Shown one piece after another: positions 46,701 to 61,800 of a stretch of 64,000 nucleotides of DNA. The stretch's first letter is position 1, and the number at the start of each line of letters is the position of its first letter. The position numbers were made by a program, and so were the translations under genes. The notes beneath the pieces were generated by a model. That model searched no databases, was not told where the DNA came from, and saw only the letters and a list, made by a program, of their open reading frames with translations. The stretch is from NCBI GenBank assembly GCA_046563655.1, contig CM102290.1:4774001-4838000 (forward strand). Reading direction: 5' to 3'. Source of the DNA: Yuukianura sp. NJ FZ-2021 (taxonomy: Eukaryota).

Positions 46701-49700
46701 GAACGCTGCTAATCAGAAGTTGGACACCCATGAGTACAACGCTTTCTGTGTTTGTACACAAACACTCAAAGGAGAGAAGATGCTTATTATTAGGCATCCT
46801 CCTACGAGAAACGTAACGGCATAGCGAGTACGGCATTTAAATCTATTTTTTGAAAATGTCACTGCTTATTAAGCGCCTAATTTTGTGAAGAATGTTTCCC
46901 AGAAAATAGTGTCAGCGTAGCTTTCTATTTTTCAATACCATCCTCAACAGGCAAATGCCGAAGATAGATTCCACTCAAGCCAAATGTCAGGATTTTAAAT
47001 GCAAAAAACGTCATGCTCAGAGTTTGATAAGAAATTTCATCAGACTCACCATTTCATCCAGTGACCTCAGGTCATTTGTAATAATTTGTGGAACATGTCC
47101 ATACTCCTGGAACGACTCTTCTTCTTCTCCCGAACTGCTCAGGTCTTGGCCCGTGTCCTTGGCAATGTCACGATCAATTTCTTTTTCAAATTGAACAAGA
47201 AGGGGAGCAGCCATACCGAAATGTGACCCACGTCTTGCAACCTATTTACAAACAAAATTATTATCTCAGGTAGCAGCGTCTTATGAGCTTTCTAAAGTCG
47301 TTTTGCAGAAATTTTTAATTGCAAGATTCAACATCAAAAAGTTCAAGTTCAAAGGTCATATTAAACTCTGTCTGGTCATAAAGTCGACATGTTTAAGACT
47401 TTTTAGTTCAAAGTTGACAGACACCACCAAGCATATGGGGATTTTGCGTGAATAATCAACGCTAATACTTCTTGACACAAATCACTTTAGAAAGATTTCT
47501 TGAAATGATCATTTACTTAAGAACTTGGAATTCCGCTGCAACTTGGAATTTAGGCGTACGTTCCTTCCCATAGTGTTAAGTACTAGGAAAAAAAGTCAAA
47601 ATATTTCCTTGTCCTTTGAACATGAGCTTTTCCATTAAATCTGACAGAACAGCGAAAGTTTATGTGACCCATTACATTTTACCTCTTTTCTAAATGAAAA
47701 AAAGAGGCATTTTTACTATTAAAACGAAAATTTTAAAAAGAAATTTACCTCCAACAGGCAGAGAATGACACTTTTTTCATTTTTCCTCAGAATCAAATCA
47801 TCGGACTCAAACAGAAGGCACTCAAATATCCCAAGTTTTCGGCACCATGTTATAAAATTATGAACATTGTCACGGGCAAAGAAAGTTTCCGGTCGTGCGT
47901 TGGCATTGAAAATCACGTCTCCAGCCGGAAGTTTCCATTCACGACCCCAGCACTTAGGTAGCTTTCTTCCAAGACTCATCCATTCCTTGCAGGCAGTACG
48001 AACGTTATTTGCGTGCTAAAAATGGAAATAAAAAAAAAGTTCAAAAATTAAATTCCGTTCTAAAATTTCATAGCATAATTTTCTTTCTAGGGTTCGTCGT
48101 AGCTCGAAAGTATTCTACTGAACTGCATTCCCTGCAAGTTTTAAAACCCAGCACAACAATTACATTTCAATTTCAATAGATATGTATTTAACCAATTTTT
48201 AAATTAAAAAATCAGTACTAGTTAAACACTGACAACTTGTACAAGAATGTAACTGTTCCTGTTTTGTGGCAACTAATTGCTGGAGGGGAAAGCAGTACTT
48301 GAGTCAAGTGGGAAGGGTGTGAATTCTCCTATTGTTGTTATCCCACACACAGACATACACACTTCAGGAATGGATCCTGGATACACCCAAACACTGTAGC
48401 ATTTAACAACAATGAAAAAAAAAAGTTAAGGGCACATAACCTACAATCCAAAGGAAAATGTTAATAGGAAATCAAGGAACAATGTTAACTTCGTACAAAT
48501 CAAAATATTCCACTTTTGCATACTACAGTCTTACAACAATGGAATTGTACAAATTATTGAACAAAAACTTCAAGCATTGCAATGACAGTTAATTTGCAAC
48601 TTTCTAAAAGGCGGAGGAGATGCGGGTACAAATAATTTGCCAAAATCCCATTTTCAGCAATTAATTTCCCATTAAAACGCTTACCCCCTTTTCGAAGTCA
48701 GTAATTATTTTCTACTTTGTAAAACTTTTAATCTTCCAATTTCCATCTTTTTTTTAATACGTTCAGTTTAGAATTAATCGTTAAAAGCGATTTTGCACAA
48801 CAACAGGAAAGCAATTGGAACCAGCCATTATTTTGCTAATGTCTCCCCTATGTAATGTACCGACGCCGCGGCGTGACACTGTGAAGGTGACAATCTTTTC
48901 AATTTAAAGTGCACATTGGACATTGCATTTTCCATAAATTGTGTCCATGTAATGGATAGCAGGGGACAGATCCAAAAGAGAATTCAAAAAAGCATTGTCC
49001 GGCTGAACTGATGTCCATAAATGGCCAAATGAGTTACAACAACACAAACCGACGACATACAACTATGTGGACGGCCATTTTCCCCAGAAAAAGTCACCCT
49101 AATTGATAGCGGCAAATTCAAATAAATCTGATTTACCTCTAGTACATATTTTTCTCACAAATTCCAAAGTCAACGTATCCAGAATTGGTGGGATTGTTAG
49201 ATTCAAATTGCAAAGCGTTGTTGGTTCAAACAACCATCTCCACCCCCCATCAATTCATTACTGTTTGTGCCGTTGGCTTCAATCTCAAATCCCAATTGAA
49301 CAAATTGCCAATTGGAAAAGGAGATGAGGTGTTAGCCCAATTTTAATAACTCCTTGTACAGACTACTTAAGGTTGTTGGCACAAATGGGAAATTGGAGGG
49401 CGTCTTCAGCACTACAAAAAAAAACGACACAAGAGTACTTCCTTACACTTCGTTTCATCAATTCCCTCCAAAATAATTACATGTTTCCATCTTGTCAAGT
49501 ATGCTTTACAACGACGTACTCAAGCCAAAGGAATTTTAATCTCCGTTTGCTTAGTATCATAAATTGTGTCTATTTAAAAAAAAAGATAGAAATCTCCGAC
49601 ACAAGAACATCGAAGAGCTTTATATTTGAAGAAATCTTTGTAGATTTTAAGATCGTTGCTACCACAGTTTAAAATCAAGTTTCCTATAAAGGTAATTCCC

Positions 49701-51321
49701 CTCAGTTAGTAATTAAGTTCTCAAGAGCTTTTTCAATAAATTTGGCTTCTGTAAATTCTAAGTCTAACTCCGGATGAATGCCTTGCATTCAAATTTGGAC
49801 TACTTTTAAAATTTTAAATTAAGATTTGCAAATTGGAAGTTGGAGATGTGTTTCATCTCCTTCGAATCATCATGACCTCCCATCAAGTTCAAACCTTGCG
49901 TTGGAGTGACCATGACTCTTGAAAACTGTTGCGGATTAATTGTTGTATTGTTTGGACGCTTTGCACAGGAAAAGGTTAATAACGGAAAACATGCAATGTG
50001 AACGTAATGTGTAAAAGCCAACCTTTTGTGTCCTGCTCCTCTCCTCCTCAACGAAAGCAATTTGAATGTTGCGCCAGGGGAGCGCTCACCTTTTATTCAA
50101 GCTTCCGCTTCAAATGTTCCGTTGCGTTAATTAAGACAAACTTTTTTTGAGAGGACAGGAGAGTCTGCCCAAGGTCTTTTACTACAAGATGGCGATTGTT
50201 CGTCAAGATAATAAGGTTGACTCAAGTGCGTGCTATCGTTTGTAAGAATCAGGAGGGAGTACAGGGAGTGCCCCCATGATTTAGAACCATCCGATGACCA
50301 ACCAAAGTTACACTAAATGTCAACATTTTCCCCAGAACTACTTTCCATAAACATGAACTTAAGGTCAACGTCAAGGTGACAATGACCTCATATCACAAAA
50401 TGATGCGCCAAACTGTCTGCGCGCCCACGTTTTTTTTTTGAGTTTTCCAACAACTGTAATACAAAATTACCGTTACAAACTGAAGGAGTTACAAACATTG
50501 GAATAAATTATTGAATTGGAACAATGCGTTTTGTACTGATACAGATTGTCGCTGATGTTCTGACTGTTAATACAAACCCTAGGTAAGTTAAGCGGGCGTG
50601 GGCATACTGCTCCAAGGCTTGTTTGAAACAATCTAGCCCATGTTCTTTTATATTTAGTCGTTAGCATTACACCATCTTCGTCTGAGGACATGTCCATGAC
50701 CATTCTCGGACAATGAAGATGGAATCGCATGGAGTGAAGAACGGATGTTCCCAATTCAAATTTCATCCATCAAGTGACAAGTTGTCAAGTTTACACGGAG
50801 TAGCGGTTCTGCAAATTTTTATCTCAGCATGTACCCCCTTCTCTCAACAAATGTATACAAAAATCACTTTTGCTTATAACATACAATGCCTAAAAGTCAT
50901 AGGCAACTTTTAAATTCATATTCATTTTCTTGGCACAAGAAGGCGTTAGATTGTGGGATTGAATTGTAAGAAATATTTATATCCTGACCGTGTGAGGATG
51001 GCTTGCGAAAATCCTTGACCAATTTTGTAATAAATTACGCCACATTGCTGTCACATTTTAGCTCAAATATTGCAGTAAACAAAAGCTAAAACTCCAATTC
51101 GTCTTTACCTTACAAAGGGTGACTCCAGTTTCCAGACACTCCATAAACGTCTGTGGTGTAATTCGTAAGTCTGGATAAAGAAGATTTAGCCAATCCGACA
51201 AATCCTCCTTCATAGCCCACAAGTACTCGTCGCTCGTTTTGAACGGTCGGAATTCTCGGAGTGTTAACAGTTGTGGACGAATCATGTCCTCGGAAATTGA
51301 AATTCGTCGCTCCATCATCAT
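43778..51321 (-). CDS. GAS2L1: GAS2-like actin-microtubule crosslinker (CH + GAR domains; Drosophila pigs-like), 8 coding exons
   Basis: CH domain: [22 protein letters not shown]...[12 protein letters not shown]...[52 protein letters not shown] domain: [20 protein letters not shown]...[27 protein letters not shown]. Ser/Arg-rich tail ends [10 protein letters not shown]. Orthology to a specific vertebrate paralog is not resolved. Confidence 0.9.
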
Positions 51322-54300
51322 TTTCTAAACAAAACGAGAACAAAAAAGTGTCATAAATCTCAAAATTGGAAAACCATTTAAACGACATGACACAAATACT
51401 CTTGCACATGTAGAAAATGACAAAGCTTTGTCTTTTTAATCAGCCAGTATATAGCTTGGCGTGACAATTTGGATCTATTCTCATCTGTCGTAGTAAGACG
51501 CTACACAAAGTGTTGTAGCAACAAACGTTTTGAAGCACGTGGTGGCAGTGGAGACAATTTATGATTCAAACTGTTAGGAAATTCTTATTACAAAATGTCA
51601 CTTTTGAAAAGAAACGTGTAAAACTGTTCTTAAACTGAATTAGTATCCCTAATTTTCACTGCAGGACAGTAGTTGAAATAACGCTTTGAGAGTGGTTGCA
51701 AAATCCTGTCGTTTGCAAAACTTTGGCGTCATGATCATGAAAGTACTCCAAATTTGGGTTTCACTTACCGAACTTCAAGGTTTTACAAACTGCACAACCA
51801 AAAATTGTTAATTCAACGAAAATTAAACTTCGTTTATGGTGACAATGGGATTGGCAACTTTTGAGAATGTTGTATCGAACTAAATTTTCTTTAGGACATG
51901 GAATTTGGCTGACAATGCACTTTGCAGAATCCAATGAATTTATGGTTCTCTGTTCCGCAGTTTCCCTGACTCAAAAACTTTCTCATGAATTGAATTATTC
52001 AGTCATTCATGACGAGATGAGGATTTACTAAGGAAAATAGATGTTCAAAGGTCCATTGTGTATATCGAAATGTTGAATTAAGCGGAAACTATACAAAGTA
52101 CTTCACTTTCTATCAATTACAGTTTAAGTGAGATGAATCAATTGCACTCTTGTAAACTTCAATTCGCCATACATTGCTGAATCGCAACATAAAATTCAGA
52201 GATTGTCTTCTCTTACTGTAACATTATTCCTAATAGTTCTTATGAATATGTACACTGCAGGCGTCATTCGGTCAAGTCGAAAATGGCCAAATAAAGACTT
52301 TGTCGCCGGGTTTTACCATAAAAATATGTCGCCAGGAACCGGAATGCTAATCTTAAAAAAACACGTAACTCTGTAAACCAGCAATAGTTTTGTGCTGATT
52401 TGACCATTTTGGTAAACAAGTTCCATTAAAATGTTAAATTGACACATTGTAAAAGATGCTTGATGTTTTGTATCTTTCTCAACTGCTGACGCAAATTCAT
52501 TCAAGCAGATCCAATTGCCTACTCACTCAATTTGTCATTTTAATTATAGTTTTTTATAAGCTATGATTACCAGCCGCATAAACATTATTGAAAGAAATCG
52601 CAGCAAATTACAGACAAACCCCTGCCCTCTCAGATTTCTTAAATCCAAAATTCTTTGTCGCTTCTTCGTACATCTGTTTAGACTAAAACAAAAACTGGTT
52701 TTCAGTGTTAAAAAGTGCTTAGTAATTCCGTTTGACCTTTAGCTTCCAAATTAGTATCATTTGATGATGTACAGTTTTTTTTGGCTTGTCAGTAAATGGT
52801 CAATAGGTGACAAAGGTCAACCCTCCACAGTATACCATTGCGCCTCTTCTTTTAAAGTCATGACATTGACATTTGACTCTGAATTTGAACGACATGAAAA
52901 AGTTTCTCTTCCGACACTTTTACTGAAAAATTCGAGATTCTACCACTGACGTCTGTCTACGATGATAACCCGGTCGCAAACCGGAGTATACGAAAGTATC
53001 GAAAGATTTTGGCGGTTTTAGCAAACGGCTGCACATACCGACAAACCATTGTGAACCACAATACACTATGGTTATGAATGGTGGAAGAAAAAAAAACGAC
53101 GTTTGACCCGGAAGGAGGTAGCTTTAGGTCACACATTGTACACACAAGTTTCTTGTCTAGGTGACAAGGAGTTTTGCAGAGGTAATTTTCTATGTTACAG
53201 GGGATGGAACGAACGAGTTGACCTTGACCATTGACCCGGAAGGAGTTGACCCCCCGAGGTAATACTCTGTTGCCTTAAGTGTTCATTAGTGAAAACGGAT
53301 CCCGCAAATGTTAAGCCGTTTCCGAAAGAATTGTCGCTCATATGCGGCCAGACAGAAAGACAGATGACGCCGATGCATAAAGTAGCTTTCCCTATTTAAG
53401 AACAAACACCAAATCTCAATACTTTCATTTTAACTTCTAAATTGATAATTTGGAGCCCTTCAAATATGTGCAAAGTTTTGAAATAATCACTTTCGGAGAA
53501 TTTAATCAAACTGCTTTCTAATGTTTCATCTTCGCCCATTGTCATTGCCTAATCCCTATAAATATCTTATCAGGTCAAAGAAAATTATCAGTAATGGTTT
53601 TCACAGCAGTGGTCATCCTCATCTGAAGAGAAGTGTTAGTTGTACTATTTTTACGTTTCAATTTAGCCCTACTATTGAGCACAACTATTCTTTCACTAAC
53701 TAAAGACTGAACTTGTATTTTCTCAAAGATTTAAACAAAAGGCGTTTGGCTTTGACACCACGTCCATTTGCTAAACTAAAAATGTAACAATTTGACTCTT
53801 CTTCCAAGAGCACAACTTAAAGCTTTGTTAGTCGTTACCTAACAATAAATGTCAACTTTCAAAAGTTAAGGACTGGTGGCTAAAGGTTAGTCGACCAGTG
53901 GATTTCAACACGAAAATAGAATACTAAGCGGGTTTAGGTACTTGAGTACTACAGAGTGTAGCTGACGATTTACAATTGGCAAGCCAAGTTCTTGGATGAA
54001 TTCATATGTAATACTTTACTATATACTGCATCTTGAATCTTCCCAAAGCTTTATTGTTAAATATTAAATGCATTGACACAGAATATAAACATAGCTAAGC
54101 CAACCTCGAGAAAAACGATCAGTCACTTCCATATTGCAATTCCAAAGATCTTTATTGAGGCTTCATTCATTGTTCTCTGCCTTAACAGTGAAGATGATCC
54201 AATCACGTTCATGGGGATTTAAACAAAAGGACTTGTTTGGCAATTGTTTTCGGAAATGAACGAATCCATAATTGATTCCTGCATACTCAATTCTAAACAT

Positions 54301-55072
54301 AACTGATTACTAAAGTCCGTTAAAACTCCAATGTCCACAGTCCATTTCAAAAGTCCGTATTTAGTCTATTGAAATAAAAATTGTCAAGTCTATTTTTGGT
54401 GATCTAAAAATGGCAAAACGGTTCTGGAAATTTATATTAGTTAGACAGAGCATACGTATTTTACTGGTAGTGGAAATTACAGACATTTTGACAGGGAAGC
54501 TCGACGGAATGTGCTTTAGTACTACTAGTGACGCATCTCCGACTGTCAAATGCAAGTGCAGAGGAACAAGGTCCCTTTCCATTGTTGCGGCATCTTGACT
54601 CTGATGGCGTGTCTATTTTGCAATGCTTCGCTTAATTCCCAACAATTGAATGACCCCACCACAATAAACGTACTTAAGTGGGCTTCCATTCTGTGGACAA
54701 AGTTCAAAATCCCTCTCGCCTAATAACCATTTTCCATTTTGCAATTGTAACATCCATGACCTCAGAAGAAAATAGACTACTCACACGCCACAAAACCCAA
54801 TACGAAACACCAAAATTTGCAACTTCCAAAGCTCCCTGGGGCATGTACAGATAGTGAAATGGTGACACCTCTGTCACTTTCAAACAACATATTACTCTAT
54901 ATTGTAATCGATCGTCATCACGATTCTACGAAACACGTTGGGTCAGTAGCATTCAGCAAATCGGATTCCAAATAATTGAAAAAAATTGGCGCCTCCTTAC
55001 ACACAACCATTACGTGACAATTTGTGAAGATTAAATTAGGAATTGGGGTCAATTTCTGCACTTTTCGAAAAC

Positions 55073-55832
55073 ATGGAATCTCAATCAACTTTCATTAGAT
55101 CAATTCGTGTCAATTGGTTCTCAGAGTTGATTTTGAATTCAAAACTAAAGCTTTCGATCCTTTCAATTAACTCGTACTATGTACTTATGAACCATTATGC
55201 TTAAGATGTCTTTAACTGTAGATTCTGCATCCACTCAAAGTCTGTCTTGTCTCATTTTGACTTGACAGGAGAGAAACAAAAATTCAAAACAATGGAGAAA
55301 CGCAAGTCCTAAGGGACGGAAATCACAAAGTATTTTTGGACATTACTGACTCTTTGCTTGCTTTGTTTTGATAGGAACAGGAAATTGGCCCAGCTGGAGT
55401 CAACTGTTGCTCCAAAGATTCAGCTTACTACTCAGAATTTTTAAAATTGAAATTAGATGGATATTGGATACTTGTTCAAATGGATGTGCCACTCCCCGAC
55501 TTCAATCCATCGTAAGTTCCAACATATCCCATGTAACATCTCCAATGCTAAGAGTGATCTCTGAGAGGGAAGTTCTCCCCTCCATGAACATGTCAAGTCC
55601 TCCTTTTAGATTGCCTCAATGTGTCAATCCCAATTCCAAACTAAAATTCTTTTCACACTTTCTAAATGAGCAACAAATTCAAGACCCCCTCATGGAAAGC
55701 CCTACACACCCAAATAAAGATAAATTGAAAGGAACCGGGTTGTTGACATGCCCGGAATTTCTACAACATCACCAAAAAGTGCATCGCATCCTACTACAGG
55801 CAGCATCCGAGGAGGATCAAGAGTCAAAGTAG
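55073..55832 (+). CDS. Putative 4-exon orphan gene, ~173 aa
   Basis: Exons 55073-55173, 55269-55329, 55375-55511 and 55610-55832 joined by GT-AG introns give one stop-free frame (522 nt): MESQSTFIRSIRVNWFSEL...EQEIGPAGVNCCSKDSAYYSEFLKLKLDGYWILVQMDVPLPDFNPSLPQCVNP...EEDQESK*. Confidence 0.5.
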
Positions 55833-58800
55833 TTTGAGCTTTACTTCTAAACATTTCTTTGAGTTTTACTTCTAAAAATGGAAATGAATTACGTTTCAAA
55901 AAATCAACATCTATAAGGAATTTGTTAGGGATTATTAGTTCCAGTGTTCCTGAAACAGCGGAAGTGGAAACATGTAATAAAGATCTTAGCGTTGTCAAAT
56001 TGGTTTCTTCCAGTGCACATGTCTTTTAACACCTCATCAATTGCAGAGTAAAGTAATAAGATGAAGTGATAGGTTTCCCATTATGAACTGACTTCCTGGA
56101 CATAGGGAAGATGGTGGAGTGCAAGAGGGAAATGAGACTCAAGTGGCACTTGGAGACAGCCAGGATGAGGAGTACTTAAGATCCTCATCTCAACGAATAG
56201 AATCAACACTTCCACTTCTTTTTTTGCTCCCAAGTCGAATGGGAGTAAAACAAACTTTAAAATTCTTAGAGATTTCACGTTCTAAAAATAAAAGTTGACG
56301 ACTAATAACAAACCCATGTTTTGAGAAGAAATATATTCATAAAATATTGATGTCTTCGGTTCAAAGTCCTCCAAACACCAAAATTTCATATAAACCCTCA
56401 GATACGAATTTGATCTTGCAGCATCAAACGCCTTTCACACTTCAGAAACACATTTTTTTTGTATACATAAAAAGGAGGGAGATGCCTTTGGATTCATAAA
56501 TTAAAAACACCAACTCTGGACTTCCTCGTCCTTATTTTGTGGCCAAGCCAAGCGTCAATTCCGCTTGTCAACGGACCATTAAAATATTCATCTTTTAAAT
56601 CTCTAATTCCGCCTAGTATTTAACTCACACAGGAACATCCATGGCATCTTCATTTGCAAAAATTTTGCACACCACGCACAATTTTGGTCAAAACAAAGAC
56701 TAGCAAAGTTTATACGAGGATTTTTCAAAGGGCAAAGGCCTTCACAGTGACTCAACTGTCCGCCCTCACCCCGTGCAAACGATACCAACGAAAGTGATTA
56801 ACGAGGAAGCTGCTACTGGGAAAATACGAGACTTTTTATTAAACATTGTCTAAAACGATGAGGAATGCATTATGCTTTGGTACATTTTGGACGTTAGGAC
56901 GTTGCAACTAGTCACAAAAAAAACCTGAACCTGACCTCACATCAACTGTAGAATCTCTCACCATTAGGCCTGCCTCAGTTGGCTCACTCCTTTTGTTCCT
57001 CAGGAAGTGTCACTACCTTAAAATACACAAACGAACCAAATTGCCAAGAATAACAAGAAGCGTGGGCTTCTCTACCCAATAGTCTTTTTGGGTTCAAATT
57101 GTGTAAATTGTGGCCTCTAGATCGGATATGACATTCAACTTTCATTTCACCTGTCTCCACTCCAACAAGTTTTGGTTTTATAACTTACAGACGCTCTTCT
57201 GGCATAACTAGTGTGGAAGTACAGATTGGGATCAAGATTGAAGATCCTGATTTACACAAATTCAACCATGGGTGAAAACATGCTCCACCGGATGGATGAA
57301 TCATGACCATAACGACATTAAATTCTATCCAGCCAACTTTTACACTCAATTTCTGAACAATTTTAATTTGAGTGCTCAAAATTTCAAAAACTTAAGAAAC
57401 CGAAAGTAAAAGCACAACTTTCTGGTTTGCAACGCCAAAAAAATAGTTTCGTCAGCGTTTGCTTAATTACAACTTGTTCTGCGATTGAGTAACAAAAACA
57501 AAAAAAAACGAGTTTTCAACTGTCACTACTACCCTTGACCAACGAGTGATGCATTCATAAGTAACTTGGAAAATCGTCGAATAAAAGAGTATTTTTAACT
57601 TGAAAATTTCTAAAGTCATGTCAAGTTAAAGAGAGCGTGCAAAATTCGGATCAAGAGTGACATCCAATTGCTCCAAATCCTGTTGATCCTTAACGAATTC
57701 GCAGCAGAACAAGGGAAACGTTCAAAGTGACAACGATTCTCCCATCCTGCTGTTTAGACCACCAGCAATTTAGTTATACACGCTTTAATTCAAATCGATT
57801 CTTTAAAAAATTGGGGTTACTCTTTAACCTAAAAAGTATTAATTACAAAATGGCATTTTCAACAGCATTAAGCAAGTTCTTTTCACCTGCCAAAAAATCT
57901 ACTTCTCAAAAAAAAAAAATTAAAAAAAAAACTTTCGTATTTGAATAACAAACTCCTCTTCCATATGAAAAACGTTTCTTCGCCGATAGCTTACAAATCC
58001 CATCTCACTCCAGAATGCAGTAGTGTGAAACTTTTTGATAGCTGAGAAGCGTTAGCAAAAGCAAAGCCTATTAGTCAGTAGTAAACTCGATCCTTGAAAT
58101 TCGTATTAGCTAACCTACTGCAAATTTCGAGACATTCTAACTAGGAGGCAGAATTAGTAGTTACCAGCTTACATTTCCTCGCTTTTGTATCAGTTCTCAC
58201 AGTAAGTCGTGGTTACACACAAAAAAGTTGAAGGAAGTGTTTATGCCTTATTTTACAATTTGCAACAAAAAAAAAACACTGAAATGGTAATGGAGTGCGA
58301 AATGTGGTAGTTACAAGAGCCCTAGGAAATACTACTCAAAGCGTTTGGCAAGCAGAAAACAACAAGCTCCATGATATATAAAGCTAAAGACAAAAGACTT
58401 GCGCCAGTGATCTTCTTAATCTCCTTGTTTTTACAACTGCGAATCTTCACCATCACACATGATGTCAAGATTCAAGAGTGCAAAAAATCAAAAGTAAAGA
58501 CTTTAGCACAGAAAAAGTCTAACATTTCATAGCTCTTTTCATTATATTTGGCGGAAGACGACATTTGAGTGGCTCCAAAAGTCTTAAATTGCACTTAATT
58601 ACTTAAATTGTACCTAATTGTACATAAACTGAGAGATCAAGAGATCAAAATGGTTGGTGTTTGATTCATCGCCTTTGTTTCTATTGTCTGAACCAGCGTG
58701 TAACAAAGCTAATCACAGCAGAGCCAAAACAAACTTATGGTCTCCAAAAATCCTTTGTTTCAAAAATTACTAAAAAGTAATCCGACTATGTTTTAGCACA

Positions 58801-61800
58801 TTTTTAATGGCGATTTTAGCAACTAATACAAACAACAGAAGCTGAGCTTCCATTGTAAATACATCGAATTTAAAAATGCTAATCTCAATCTTTAATCGAA
58901 TCCATGCATACCTACAAACCTACATAATTTTCCACATTCACAAATTTCAAAGCATAAAGTCAGGGGAATTGTACACTTTTTTAACAAAATTTACAAACAA
59001 TTGAATAGACACGATTTCTAGGACGGACGTAGTAAATAGATAGACCTGCCAACAATGACATTTTGGACACAATAGAAAGTGGAAAAAGATTATACCAAAA
59101 GTTTTGTATTGACATTTTGAAAAGTTACAAACGAGCGAAGATGTACGCCTGGCCAGGTTCCATTAAAATCTGCATCACTGTTCATTTACCATTGTAGTGA
59201 CCACCAGAAGTTCACCTACTAACCACCATCGTTCTTCATTACAAAAGGAACATGACAAATCGGGCGGCCCAATTTAAAATTCCCTCAAGAACTAAATTTT
59301 AAATCTTAACACGACTTCCATCCCAATGACTTGAATACCATACCGGTGATGGCTCAAAAAAAATTGCTGTACTTATTTTTTGTTCGATTGAAAAATGGGA
59401 GTCATATACTACGTTCTTACTGGCGAAATAAGAAGAACGTTTCCCCAAGAACTTCATCATGGTCTCCTCATGCAAAAACATTTTTTGGAGCTTACTAACT
59501 TTTACGTGCACCATGACTCACAGATCACAATTCAAACTCCTTATTCCCCTTGTGCAAAAAATGGCCTAGAATTTGAAACGATTTGATTTTTGAAAAGATT
59601 GAAATTCAATGAGGAAATGCGAAGTAGCTCATAATTCTCGTGCAGGGAATGCGGCAGAGGTCAATGCCCGTAATACCGCGCTCGACTATTCCTTGAACCC
59701 ATGTCGTGGGAGTGGAATGTATAACTTCCTATTTAGAGAAGCACTTGAGTACTGGCGGATTTAAACGCATTGTATTCGAGACTTGACAAATGGCGGATAA
59801 ATTTAAAAGTTGACGCCAACTTGAAACCTAAGCATAAACAATTATTTCTGGCAACTACAACTGTTATAATAGTAGTGATTGATTTAGAGTCCAATTAAAC
59901 ACAGCATTTGGGTAATCAAGTGACAAATTATCTCCGCATTTTACAAACCCTAGCACTTTTGGCACTCTCATAACTTTGAAAACATTAACTTTGGATATTG
60001 TAATAAAAAGAAAACTTCACAAAAAAAAAAGGAAGCCGATTTTTTTTGGAAAATAAAAGTAGCGAACATCGTAAAACCACGGTTTTAAAAATTTATACTG
60101 AAAGTTTGAAATTAAACAGGACAGCACGTCCTTAAAGTCAGCAAATTTCGGGAGAAATCCTATCCTGTCAGCTAGTTTGTAGTGTTAGGCTCAATTTTGA
60201 AAATGGACTTAAGGCAAGGAGGGCTTTCCAAAATTTCGGTTTGATTGGAGTAAAGCTTCCCTTTTATAAAGTCAAAAAGTTTTCGAAAGTTGTAAAATAC
60301 CATAAATCTTGTCATCTGAAATTCCTTAAACTCTGACCTTTCCACACAACCACGGAACCAAATCGGCAAAAAAATCTTGTCTCCGAAGCTTGCATTAACC
60401 AAAAGCCTTAAAAGTTTTCAAGCCATTTTTCCTCAAACTGTCTTTTTGAATTTACAGTTTAAAATTTATAAATCCGTTACAAAATAAACTGACTAAACTA
60501 GATAAATTGAGTGGAAAAACACAAACGAGGGATAACCAATAAGCAAGAGGTTATTCCGCAAAACGACAAGGATAAGGAAGCATAAAAAAAAACAAGAAAT
60601 AGACGTGTGGTTATAGCAAATTGCAACCAAAACCGTTTTCTCAGTATAAGAAAAAAAAAGTAGGGAATCATACGAAACCACAGGGAAAAAGTCAGCAAAA
60701 ATTCCAACAAAATTCTGCACTTCGGAATTTTGGATTCCTTAACCCAATTTCCAAGGATTGTAACGCTTTTCCGCATTTGCGCCAGTTTCTAAATAATTGA
60801 GTACAAGTACAACACTGCAGCGTCACTACACTGTTTGCAACTGCAACTAAAAACACATGGAAAAAAAACTATTCCGAATTCGGCCTCATCTCTTCAGCGT
60901 CTTCATCGGACGAGTAGTATTATGTTGTTGGTATTCAGAAACATCAGAAAGCGTAGGCGACTGAGAAGGCATAGACTAAAATTGCCCGAATATCTTACAT
61001 CTTTCTCATACACTTTCTGTTTAGTAAACGTCACTAGGTTGCAGCAGAAATGAAAACTAGAAAGAGAAAGTTAGAAGGCCAAAGTTTATGCCACTGCGCC
61101 ATTCATTCCAATTTCCAAGGCGAGAACATTTTGTCTTGCTTCCTCCCAAAACTTTTTTCTACTTGCTTCCTACTGGTAGGCTTTTCGCTGAGGCGAGATG
61201 AGTAAAAGTAAAAACCCGGATCAATTTAAAGTTAAAAAATACTTTCTAACAAGATGTCTGTCCGTCCGTCTGTCCCACCTTTTGCTAGAATTTTACGTTA
61301 AGGTGAATGTGTATGAACGTTATGCAACTAAAAAAATCAACCAAAAGTTTTTGTCTTCATAAAGAAGCCAAAAAATTAAATGTTAGGAGACACCAAAGGC
61401 TGCGAGTAGGGAGGGATCGTGCTGAATCTGCAACCTATTTTATTGTAGAATGTCGTCATTCCAAATGACTGTCACTATAGTTACGCGTCTTCCTCGCTCG
61501 CAGGAAGCCCAATTTTGGAGATTTTACGGACGCCAGGGGTATTCAAGTCGTACATTATCCAACTTAACCCATTCATGACGTTCTGGTACAAGTTAATGCG
61601 CCTCCATTTCCTAAGTAGCAGCACTAATATCCCGTAGGTGTCATTTTCCCACTTCTCAACAAAAGCATCTTCTCCTGTCTTATGTCTTTTTCTATCTATG
61701 TTTGGATAATAACTAAAGAAAGCTCTGCTCAAATCAAATTCAGGACAAGGACCATTGTTTCAAATGACGATGACGCTCCAATGGCGTCGTAACTCAAGTG

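Noticed and set aside
60493..60776. Hydrophobic minus-strand ORFs resembling membrane proteins
   Set aside because: The Phe/Leu richness follows from T-rich composition. More likely non-coding or 5'UTR sequence of the GAS2-like gene.
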